The translations under genes were made by a program, and so were the position numbers. From the sequence record SRR31156797_401: a stretch of DNA of 64,000 bases. One strand, written 5' to 3'. The first letter of the stretch is position 1. Each line of letters opens with the position of its first letter. Below, piece by piece: positions 1-8,290 of the stretch. The notes below the pieces were generated by a model. That model was given only the letters and a program-made list of their open reading frames with translations, ran no database searches and was not told the DNA's origin.

Positions 1-177
1 TACCATCTTCTTCAGTATTTTGGCAGTAAATATAGCCTACTATGATTCACTACCGAAAACTTTAAACCTGACACCGCCTGAACTGATGAGAAATCCAGGC
101 TAATGGCTGTTAAATGTTCAATTGCTCCCAAAAGGGGCTGTAAACGCCATTATGCTGGCGTCTACGCAGGTCCTCAG

Positions 178-1677
178 CTATTCGTCCTCTTTTGCCCAAT
201 TCATTGCCCGCTTAACCGCTTTGGTCCACTCCCCATACAGCCGAGTACGTTCTTCATTGCCCATTCTCGGGGTAAACACTTTATCAACAGTCTGGCCTGT
301 GAAGCATGCTTCAGGACGTGACCAATAGCCTACAGCCAGCCCAGCCATATAGGCGGCACCTAAGCTGGTTGCTTCGGTTACCGAAGGACGGACAACCTCA
401 GCATCAAGAATATCTGCCTGAAATTGCATTAAAAAATTATTTGCAGAAGCCCCGCCATCTGAGCTTAGTCGCTTGATATCCACGCCAGAGTCCTGCTCCA
501 TGGCCCCGATAAAATCCTTCATCGAATAAACAATACCCTCCAGGGTAGCTCGCACCAGGTGACTGCGCCTTGTTCCCCGAGTAATACCGATGATCATGCC
601 GCGAGCGTACGAATCCCAATACGGTGCTGATAAACCGGCCAGAGCGGGAACAAAGTAGACGCCGCCGTTATCATCCACGGAAGTTGCCATGGCTTCGGTC
701 TCCTTGGAATCCGCAATCATTTTGGTGCCATCTCGTAACCATTGCACAGCCGAACCGGTCACAGCCGCATATCCCTCAAGCCCGTAGGTTGTCTCTCCGT
801 TCATCCGCCAGGCAATAATGGTATTGAGGCCGTTTTGAGAAATCTCAGGCTTTGGCCCGATATTCATATCCAGGAATGTGCCTGTACCATGCGTAACTTT
901 TACTGTTCCTGGCTCAATACATCCTTGTGCAAAAAGCGCTGCATGCTGGTCGGCAATGGCACCGGTGATGGGAATTTCCGCATCCAAAAAGTTCGTATCA
1001 CTCACCCCGTAATCACCAGAGTCGGCACGCACCTCGGGGAACAAGCTCAAGGGTAAACCAAGAAAATGCAACCATTCGCTGTACCACTCATCATTAAGCA
1101 GATCATACGCACCGGTTACAGAGGCATTAGATGCTGAGATAGCGTGGGTCTTTCCACCGGTGAGCTTATAGATCAACCAGGAATCGATGGTTCCAAATGA
1201 GAGTTCGCCTGCCTGGGCACGCTTTTTAAAACCTGGTACATTATCCATCATCCAACGCAGGCTCAGAGAGGAGTAAACCGGAGCAAGAGCCCAACCTGTC
1301 CGACTGTAAGTCTTCTCTGCCCATTCATCCCTAACCTGCTCAACAAAATCGGCTGCGCGGGTATCTTGCCAGACAATTGCCCTCGTTACAGGCTTACCCG
1401 TCTCTTTGTCCCAGACAACGGTTGTTGCACGCTGGTTGGTAATACCTATAGCGGCAATATCAGTTGCCTGCAGACTAGCTTTTACCAGGGCCTGCCTGGC
1501 CATGTCCACTGTCTTAGTCCAAATTTCCTCTGCATCGTGTTCAACCCGATCGGTAGCAGGATGGTACTGCTCGAACTCCGTGTATGCCTGGGATATAATA
1601 CTGCTGTCCTGATCTACGATAAGTGCTCTTGTACCGGTGGTACCTTCATCTATTACAAGGATATACTTTTCTGACAT
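178..1677 (-). CDS. glpK: FGGY-family carbohydrate kinase, glycerol kinase-like but with a divergent substrate pocket
   Basis: Motifs IDEGTTG, GITNQR, IVWQD, FGTIDSWL, ADQHAALF, HGTGTF, GLSAPYWD, RATLEGI and DGGA. The likely start is ATG 1677 (MSEKY) behind GAGGG; the ORF track starts at 1695. Confidence 0.8.
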   Translation of the reverse strand: MSEKYILVIDEGTTGTRALIVDQDSSIISQAYTEFEQYHPATDRVEHDAEEIWTKTVDMARQALVKASLQATDIAAIGITNQRATTVVWDKETGKPVTRAIVWQDTRAADFVEQVRDEWAEKTYSRTGWALAPVYSSLSLRWMMDNVPGFKKRAQAGELSFGTIDSWLIYKLTGGKTHAISASNASVTGAYDLLNDEWYSEWLHFLGLPLSLFPEVRADSGDYGVSDTNFLDAEIPITGAIADQHAALFAQGCIEPGTVKVTHGTGTFLDMNIGPKPEISQNGLNTIIAWRMNGETTYGLEGYAAVTGSAVQWLRDGTKMIADSKETEAMATSVDDNGGVYFVPALAGLSAPYWDSYARGMIIGITRGTRRSHLVRATLEGIVYSMKDFIGAMEQDSGVDIKRLSSDGGASANNFLMQFQADILDAEVVRPSVTEATSLGAAYMAGLAVGYWSRPEACFTGQTVDKVFTPRMGNEERTRLYGEWTKAVKRAMNWAKEDE

Positions 1678-1730
1678 TTTTTCCCTCTTGCTCAAAGATT
1701 ATGATTTCAACTCCCATTGTCCGGTACGGA

Positions 1731-2618
1731 CTAGAACGGCATGGAAATAGTATAGAGACCGAGATTGCCGCCAATAATCGACACACTTGTCATCGTTGCT
1801 ATCGTGGCTGCAGGTGGATCAATGTGGGTATCACCATGGGCCTGAAAAGTGTTGGCAAAGAACTCGCTGAGTATTGCTGTACAAACACCGAAGACTGTTC
1901 CAACAAGCAAGCTGCCGCTTGCCAACGCTGTTATCGCAGCAACAAGGGTAATATGATGGGTAACCGGTGCTTTCAGACCAAAAAACAAAAGCAACAGGCT
2001 CATTGCGGAAACGGCAAACCCAAACAATGCTCCACCGTTTTCAGCGCCGAGCAACAACGCAACGTATGCTGACAGGATTCCAGCGCCGAGACCTATCATC
2101 AATCGTTGAGAAAACTGGCTTTGCCAGGGAACCCACTGCGATTCCAGCGGCGGAGAGTATCGCTTAACACCCTCTTCAACCTTACCGAACAAACCGTTAC
2201 CCCAGATAACCCGAGCGATGATTGCTGAAACAACAACAGAGAGTGCCACCGTATCTGTCCAAGGAAAACTGACAAGACTAAAACAATACTGAAGCAGGAA
2301 ACCGATGATGCCGAAGATACCGCCGACCAGGAGAACATCAGGGCTGTTCAGCCCCATAAGGCTGCTTACAATATCTTTCCCTGATTCAATTTTTCCTTTC
2401 TTGGCTGCATAGGCAGCGGCAGCAACACCCGACGCAAAACCGCCGACATGCGGACCAAACGCTGCACCAAGAGGTATACTTAACAGATCAGCACCTGTTG
2501 CCCGGGCTCCTACCCCTACAATGATCATAAAGCCTAGCAGGACAAATGCCCAAAGTCCCCCTAATGCAGCTCCGAAAATACCTCCACCGAATGCCACGAG
2601 TAAACTTGCTATCTCCAT
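1731..2618 (-). CDS. Uncharacterised Gly/Ala-rich integral membrane protein, putative permease (~295 aa)
   Basis: About 10 hydrophobic segments with conserved-looking GPHVGGF, PVTHHITL and THIDPPA motifs. Start ATG 2618 follows a strong GAGGGGAG RBS; the upstream part of the track ORF (to 2762) looks non-coding. Confidence 0.75.
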   Translation of the reverse strand: MEIASLLVAFGGGIFGAALGGLWAFVLLGFMIIVGVGARATGADLLSIPLGAAFGPHVGGFASGVAAAAYAAKKGKIESGKDIVSSLMGLNSPDVLLVGGIFGIIGFLLQYCFSLVSFPWTDTVALSVVVSAIIARVIWGNGLFGKVEEGVKRYSPPLESQWVPWQSQFSQRLMIGLGAGILSAYVALLLGAENGGALFGFAVSAMSLLLLFFGLKAPVTHHITLVAAITALASGSLLVGTVFGVCTAILSEFFANTFQAHGDTHIDPPAATIATMTSVSIIGGNLGLYTISMPF

Positions 2619-2890
2619 AACTCCCCTCATGCTTGTAATTGTTGACGATTGAATAATCAATTGAAGCTCCCCCTCGTACAAATCATTCAATCTCTTTGGA
2701 TGTCGGCAACTTGGATTGGCGGCAAAATCGTTTGGAGTCCCCCCTGTTCTTGACAAGACCATTGCAGATGGTTTAAATGGAAATGAGCGAACGCACCTGT
2801 CTTACACGTCCCTGCCGACTAGGTGGGCGTTTTGATATCAAGTTCCTTTGTTGCAGCAAAGTTACTTGACCAGTACGTTATCTCGATCCC

Positions 2891-2921
2891 AAGCCAGACA
2901 GCAATGTCTGGCTTTTTTTTT
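2891..2921 (+). terminator. Intrinsic terminator-like hairpin
   Basis: AAGCCAGACA-GCAA-TGTCTGGCTT followed by a long T run on the + strand. Confidence 0.7.
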
Positions 2922-2958
2922 ACGCTTTTATCCCTTTAGACTGTCATCCTCTAAAAAC

Positions 2959-3693
2959 TTATTTTACAAGAACAACCGCCAACGAATACAAATCACCTCG
3001 ATTGTAGCATTCTGCATATTTTAAAGGAGTACCTTCATCGGAATACAATACTCTCTCTCCATATAGGATGGGGCTGCCTGCATCGACCCTCAAAATATCA
3101 GCTATTTCCTCAGACGCGATCTTAGCCTCCAGTCGCTCAACAACATTCGCCACGCTGAATCCCATTTTCTCTATCGCCTGCCAAACATGCTGTTTTTCCA
3201 ATCCAAGGGATTCTGATTCGGCCTCAACAAGCGTTGGGAAATACTTAACCGGTAAATATGCATCATGATAAGTAATAGGAATGCCATCCACAGAACGTAA
3301 GGTTGTCAGCCGTACAAGTTGTTCTCCGACTTGAATATTAAGAGATTTGGCAGACTTCTCACACGCTGAAACAATTTCTTTTTTCAGGACAATTGACTCG
3401 GGATTGCGACCTTCAAGGCGACAGGTGGAAAAAAAATCAGTGAGATGCGTATGGTTACGCTTAAAAATGGATTGACTGACAAAAGTGCCGATACCATGCC
3501 TCCGATAAATCAATCCGGCATCAACCAAATCGTCCAGACTCTTTCTTATGGTCATCCGGCTTACGCCAAATTGTAACGCGAGTTGCGTCTCAGGTGGCAA
3601 CTTCTCGCCAGATGGAAGCTCCCCGGATCTGATCTGCTCAATTAACTGCTCTCTGGCTTGAATATAGCGAGGTACGCCTCTTGTACTGATCAT
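2959..3693 (-). CDS. GntR-family regulator, HutC/UTRA subfamily
   Basis: N-terminal wHTH (KLPPETQLALQFGVSRMTIRKSL...GIGTFV) plus a C-terminal UTRA-like domain; 244 aa. Confidence 0.93.
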   Translation of the reverse strand: MISTRGVPRYIQAREQLIEQIRSGELPSGEKLPPETQLALQFGVSRMTIRKSLDDLVDAGLIYRRHGIGTFVSQSIFKRNHTHLTDFFSTCRLEGRNPESIVLKKEIVSACEKSAKSLNIQVGEQLVRLTTLRSVDGIPITYHDAYLPVKYFPTLVEAESESLGLEKQHVWQAIEKMGFSVANVVERLEAKIASEEIADILRVDAGSPILYGERVLYSDEGTPLKYAECYNRGDLYSLAVVLVK

Positions 3694-3766
3694 CGATTTT
3701 GAATTCCTATCGTATCGGGAGTTGTTTTGTTATGAGCCTTACCCTTTTGCCATTGACACAAAGACC

Positions 3767-3788
3767 TATAGATGTCTATACATCTATA
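3767..3788. promoter_or_regulatory. Palindromic operator, probable GntR/HutC autoregulatory site
   Basis: TATAGATGT-CTAT-ACATCTATA is a perfect 9-bp inverted repeat. Its core GTCTATAC fits the HutC-type GT-N-TA-N-AC consensus, ~75 bp upstream of the GntR start. Confidence 0.7.
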
Positions 3789-4077
3789 CCCCTAGCATAG
3801 CATTCGCAAACTAGCAATCCTTTTTTTCACAACAAACACATTATTTTGGACAGATAGGAGACAACAGCCCGATCTTATTGCAGGGGAAGTTGATGCATGA
3901 AGGGGAATATAATGACTCGCTGACAAGTTCTTTAGGCAAAAAAAGCTGGCAACAAAGTCTATTTCCCCCTAGCAGATTAGTTGAGGGAACTACTTCTGTC
4001 TCTTTTTTAAAAAAAGGACCAGGTTGAGCATGGCTACATCAAAAAGCTCCACGCCTTAATTCCACGCCTATTGCAAG

Positions 4078-4995
4078 CTAATCTTGTTGTAGTCGTTCTA
4101 TAAGTTGAGGAACGAAATCATTTATGTCGGCCACAACCATAACATCAGCGACCCTGGCTATGGGAGCGTCCCTGTCGGTATTAATTGCGACTACAAAGGA
4201 GGCATTCTTCGTTCCGCCAAGATGCTGAGCAGCACCGGAGATACCACATGCGATGTAAAGTTTGGGAGATACACTCTGCCCCGTTGTACCAACTTGACGA
4301 CGGTACTCCATCCAATCAGCATCCACCACCGGGCGACTCGCTCCATGTTCCCCACCGAGCACTTCAGCTAGCTTGGCAATCAATTCAACATTCTCCGGCT
4401 TGCCCATACCACGCCCACCACTAACGATGACCTCCACCTTACTTAAATCAACACAGCTCTCATCGACCTCTTCATAACCGAGAAACTCTATCTGCCCGTG
4501 TTCATAACAGTCAATATGCACCACGTGAGGGGTAACGGCAGAAGATTCTGTTGGTTTGAAGGCACCGGGCTGAACTGTCACTACAGCGGTATCGGTTTTC
4601 ACCTCTACCTCTCTTCTCAACTTATAATTGCACGAAGGTACAACCAGTTTCCCATCAACATAATCCACCACCTCTGAAACCTGTGCCGCCTTGAGAACAA
4701 AAGCGATACGCGGGGCAAGATCCCAGCCATAGCTGGAGTGACTCAACACGACCATATCTGGGTGCTCTTTTTCAATCACCTTCAGCAACAGTCTCCTGTG
4801 GGCATCCGGATTATATTCACTATGCTTTATCGCATCTGCCAGGTAGAGAGTTCCCTCATACTGCGGCAGAGAAGTAGGATCACCGACCATAAACATAGCA
4901 TGCGCAGCACCTACTTTCTCTGCAAAGCCGATGATATCACTTACGCCTGCTTGGACCATTCCTTTTCTATATTCAGCAACAAGTAATGCTTTCAT
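4078..4995 (-). CDS. etfA: Electron transfer flavoprotein alpha subunit
   Basis: VSGGRGMG, GASRPVVD, QVGTTGQSVSPKLYIACGISGAAQHLGG, AINTDRDAPI. Confidence 0.95.
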   Translation of the reverse strand: MKALLVAEYRKGMVQAGVSDIIGFAEKVGAAHAMFMVGDPTSLPQYEGTLYLADAIKHSEYNPDAHRRLLLKVIEKEHPDMVVLSHSSYGWDLAPRIAFVLKAAQVSEVVDYVDGKLVVPSCNYKLRREVEVKTDTAVVTVQPGAFKPTESSAVTPHVVHIDCYEHGQIEFLGYEEVDESCVDLSKVEVIVSGGRGMGKPENVELIAKLAEVLGGEHGASRPVVDADWMEYRRQVGTTGQSVSPKLYIACGISGAAQHLGGTKNASFVVAINTDRDAPIARVADVMVVADINDFVPQLIERLQQD

Positions 4996-5004
4996 AACGT
5001 TAGC

Positions 5005-5778
5005 CTATCCCAAAACAGAGGTTTTCGTTTTCATTATCCGGACTAACTTCTCAGCCACAGTTCCCGGTTCCCCTTCAAGAACAACAGCCATACCTCTTCT
5101 CTCTGGGAAATAAAGCCTAGCGGTCTGCTGTCTGGCTTCACAGGTTATCAGGGACGAGACAGGGATGGTGAGAAGTTCCTTCTTCTTGGCTTTCATAATA
5201 TTGGGAAAAGTGGGATAGCGTGGAGTATTCAATCCTAGCTGGCAGGTTACCAGCGCAGGCGTGGTCAAAACCACATTGGCTCTGATGCCGCCTTCAAGTT
5301 CACGCTTAACCTCAATACGATTATTACTGTAAGAAAAATCAACGACCGTTGTAACGCTCGGTATGGAAAGCATCTCACCGACAAATACCCCAACCTGGGC
5401 ACTACCACGATCCTGTGATTGCATGCCGGTAAAGATAAGATCGAAGTCCTTATCCCCGGCATACCCAGCGATGATGCCGGCTATGGTAAAAGGCTCCCTG
5501 ATGCAAGCATCATCATCGGCAACATGGATACCTCTGTCACACCCTATGGCAAGGCCTTTCTTTATGGCCTCCTTGACCCTTTCCGGTCCAACGGATAACA
5601 CAGTGATGTCTGTGTCCTTAACCTGCTCCTTAACGCGTACCGCTTGTTCGACCGCATACTCATCATACTCGTTCATCCGCCAGGCCAGGTCACCGGTATC
5701 ATACCAAAGGCCATTGGCTGCGATCTCGAATTTGGAATTCATATCCGGAACCTGCTTTATGCAGACTAAAATTTTCAT
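5005..5778 (-). CDS. etfB: Electron transfer flavoprotein beta subunit
   Basis: MKILVCIKQVPD, MNEYDEYAVEQA, GMQSQD, RELEGG, NTPRYP. Confidence 0.95.
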   Translation of the reverse strand: MKILVCIKQVPDMNSKFEIAANGLWYDTGDLAWRMNEYDEYAVEQAVRVKEQVKDTDITVLSVGPERVKEAIKKGLAIGCDRGIHVADDDACIREPFTIAGIIAGYAGDKDFDLIFTGMQSQDRGSAQVGVFVGEMLSIPSVTTVVDFSYSNNRIEVKRELEGGIRANVVLTTPALVTCQLGLNTPRYPTFPNIMKAKKKELLTIPVSSLITCEARQQTARLYFPERRGMAVVLEGEPGTVAEKLVRIMKTKTSVLG

Positions 5779-5797
5779 GTTACCCCTAAATATTTTA

Positions 5798-7798
5798 TCA
5801 CGTAGACCCTAAACGTTCGACCAGTACTTCAGTGATATCCTTTGGGTCCAGAGTTCCCTCTGCACTTGCCCCCTTTATGCCATCCTCAAACATGGTTAGA
5901 CAAAAAGGGCAGTTAGAAAGCAAAAATGGTGTCTCGGTTGCCATTGCCATTGTGACCCGCTTTAGGTTGATGCGCTCTCCTGTCTTTTCCTCAGCCAGAA
6001 TCCGCCCCCCGCCTGCACCACAGCAGAAGGAATGATCTCGGTTATTCTGCATCTCAACAAGCTGCCCGCCTGCAACCTTAATCAGCTTGCGTGGTATCTC
6101 ATACATATCGTTGTAGCGACCAAGATAGCAGGAGTCGTGATAGGTACAGGAAAAACCATCTTTGTTAATTTTCAGCCTACCGGCCGCAATCAGCTGCTCA
6201 AGGAAAACGGTATGCGGCAACACCTCGGCCTCAAGCCCAAAATCACGGTAATCCTTTTGCAGAGTATTAAAACAGTGGGGACAGGTAGTGACAATTTTAT
6301 TAATGCCATAGGTGTTCACTCGTTCGATATTTTCCATGGCAAGGTTTTGGTACAGGTATTCGTTGCCCAGCTTGCGCATCGGCTCACCACAACATTTCTC
6401 TTCCTTGCCTAAAATTCCCACCTTAACACCTGCAGCTTGGCAGAGTTTTACAAAACTCTGCGCAACCCGTATATTGCGACTGTCAAAGGAGCCATAGCAG
6501 CCTACAAAATATAAGATATCCACGTGGGAATCTTCGGTTAGCGGTGTTATTCCTAGTGCATTTGCCCATTCCCCCCGTGAAGCAAATCCATTTCCAAGAG
6601 GGTTTCCGTCTACTTCGGTTTCTTCCATGGCAGCCATGACCTCCTCACCAGGGAATTCACCTTCCATAAGTACCAGGCCACGCCGCATCTCAATAATTTT
6701 ACTGACATGTTCAATCGAGGCTGGGCACTTTTCCTCACAAGCCCGGCAGGTCGTACAGGCCCAGATCGCATCTTTTCCTATAGTTTCAATGAGCCCGGCC
6801 TTTGGAGTACAGAAGGCAATATCTCCAATCTGTTTAATCACCTTCATTGGGGAAAGCTGTTTACCTGTATCCCATGCAGGGCAGCTATCTTGACATCGTT
6901 TGCACAGAGTGCAGGCATCGGCATCAAAGATATCCTTCCAGCTCAGGTCTTGGACAGACGAAGCACCAAATTTTTCGGCATCCTCGTCCTCAAGATCAAT
7001 ACTGATCAGCTTGCCCTTTGGGCCACAGTCGGCAAACAAGTAATTGGTGCTAGTGGTAAGAATATGGCGAAACTTAGTCGTAGGAAGAAGACCTATGCTC
7101 ACCATCACCATCAAAAGATGGAGCCACCACATGAATCCATGCAAAGTCCTTAAGCCCTCTGCACCCAAAGGCGCTATCATATTGGCGACAACCAGGCCAA
7201 TGGGTGACCAGGCTGCAACCGGTGTCCCCAACTCTGTTACGGCCATCCTTGCGCCCTCGACAACAAAGCCGCTAACCAAAATCATGAAAAAAAGGCCATG
7301 CATGACACCATCTTCCCACTGCGATTCAAGGCCTTCCGGTTTACATATATAACGCCTGATAAAGAGCAACCCTAGCATGATGATCGCAAGCAGCCCTGCA
7401 AGATCAAGGGTGATCGAAAAAATACTATAGAAGGGACCTGTAAGAAAAGTAAAACCAAACAACGGATCTGTAAAATCTACCTGGATGAAAATCAGGATGG
7501 TCCCAATAAAAAGCAGCAAAAAGCACCAAAAAAGAGCAGCATGCAGCAATCCAGGCCATTTACCCTGCAAAACTTTTTTCTGCAGCAAGACATTCTTAAA
7601 CATCTCGCCAATCCTGAGCCAAATATCATCTGTGCGTTTCAAGGCCTGCCCTTGCCTGTAAGCTCTCAAACGATTCAAGAAGGTCCGTCCAAGCACTGTA
7701 CCTGCTGCAATAACCAGCAGGTACATCGGTACCAGAGTCAAGGCCCCGTGACCGACGTTCCAGTATATTTCGCGCGTAAATTCCAAATTACACTCCAA
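5798..7798 (-). CDS. Membrane-anchored Fe-S/CCG oxidoreductase (NarI-like TM domain + 2x[4Fe-4S] + 2 CCG domains); probable ETF:quinone oxidoreductase
   Basis: N-terminal TM helices with His residues (LLHAAL, WWLHLL, KFRHIL), CTLCKRCQDSCP, CTTCRACEEKCP, EKCCGEP...TTCPHC and HDSCYLGR...FCCGAGG...NCPFC. Directly upstream of etfBA. Confidence 0.88.
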   Translation of the reverse strand: MECNLEFTREIYWNVGHGALTLVPMYLLVIAAGTVLGRTFLNRLRAYRQGQALKRTDDIWLRIGEMFKNVLLQKKVLQGKWPGLLHAALFWCFLLLFIGTILIFIQVDFTDPLFGFTFLTGPFYSIFSITLDLAGLLAIIMLGLLFIRRYICKPEGLESQWEDGVMHGLFFMILVSGFVVEGARMAVTELGTPVAAWSPIGLVVANMIAPLGAEGLRTLHGFMWWLHLLMVMVSIGLLPTTKFRHILTTSTNYLFADCGPKGKLISIDLEDEDAEKFGASSVQDLSWKDIFDADACTLCKRCQDSCPAWDTGKQLSPMKVIKQIGDIAFCTPKAGLIETIGKDAIWACTTCRACEEKCPASIEHVSKIIEMRRGLVLMEGEFPGEEVMAAMEETEVDGNPLGNGFASRGEWANALGITPLTEDSHVDILYFVGCYGSFDSRNIRVAQSFVKLCQAAGVKVGILGKEEKCCGEPMRKLGNEYLYQNLAMENIERVNTYGINKIVTTCPHCFNTLQKDYRDFGLEAEVLPHTVFLEQLIAAGRLKINKDGFSCTYHDSCYLGRYNDMYEIPRKLIKVAGGQLVEMQNNRDHSFCCGAGGGRILAEEKTGERINLKRVTMAMATETPFLLSNCPFCLTMFEDGIKGASAEGTLDPKDITEVLVERLGST

Positions 7799-8290
7799 TG
7801 CTCATACAAGTGCTTCCATTAAAAATTTCCGAAAAAATCGACTGATGCTGTCAAAAAGCTCACAAGTAAATGCCCCTGCCGGACACGACTCTCTCTCAAC
7901 CAAAACACATTGTGTTCTTTCAAGATACAACCCCTATAATTTCCACATTGATTGAAAAACAAATCGGATAACAAAAAAGTGAAAGAGTTTCGGAATACGA
8001 TCCAGCTCTTTTTCAATGATACCGAACTTCAATCATTCCTATTACAGTGACAACGAACCAAACAAATCACAACCACCAAATTAAATCCAAAAAAATGTTC
8101 CATTTTAATGTGGATCCGGCGTCATTATGACGATAGGCGCCAGGAAAACTTCTAAAAAAAATGATCTTGCCTGGTACGTTTCTGCTGGTACAATGAAAGT
8201 GCCTACAAAAAATACTGACCACCATACTTCAAACTATCCGTCCCTTTCTTTTATAAGGTTCATAACGAGGCTTGCCCTCCTTGCTTCCCC

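Noticed and set aside
1-177. Possible start of the next minus-strand gene (ATG at 6..4) and short + strand ORFs 103..321 and 122..328
   Set aside because: Too little sequence to support a gene. The + ORFs are largely antisense to the kinase and have no motifs.
2619-2762. N-terminal 48 codons of the track ORF 1731..2762
   Set aside because: Hydrophilic, unlike the rest of the protein, and a strong RBS precedes ATG 2618.
4048-4069. Direct repeat TCCACGCCT x2 after etfA
   Set aside because: Only two short copies, with no further context or additional copies noticed.
8171-8186. Sigma54-like CTGGTACGTTTCTGCT upstream of hrpB
   Set aside because: GG-to-GC spacing is 9 nt rather than the required 10.
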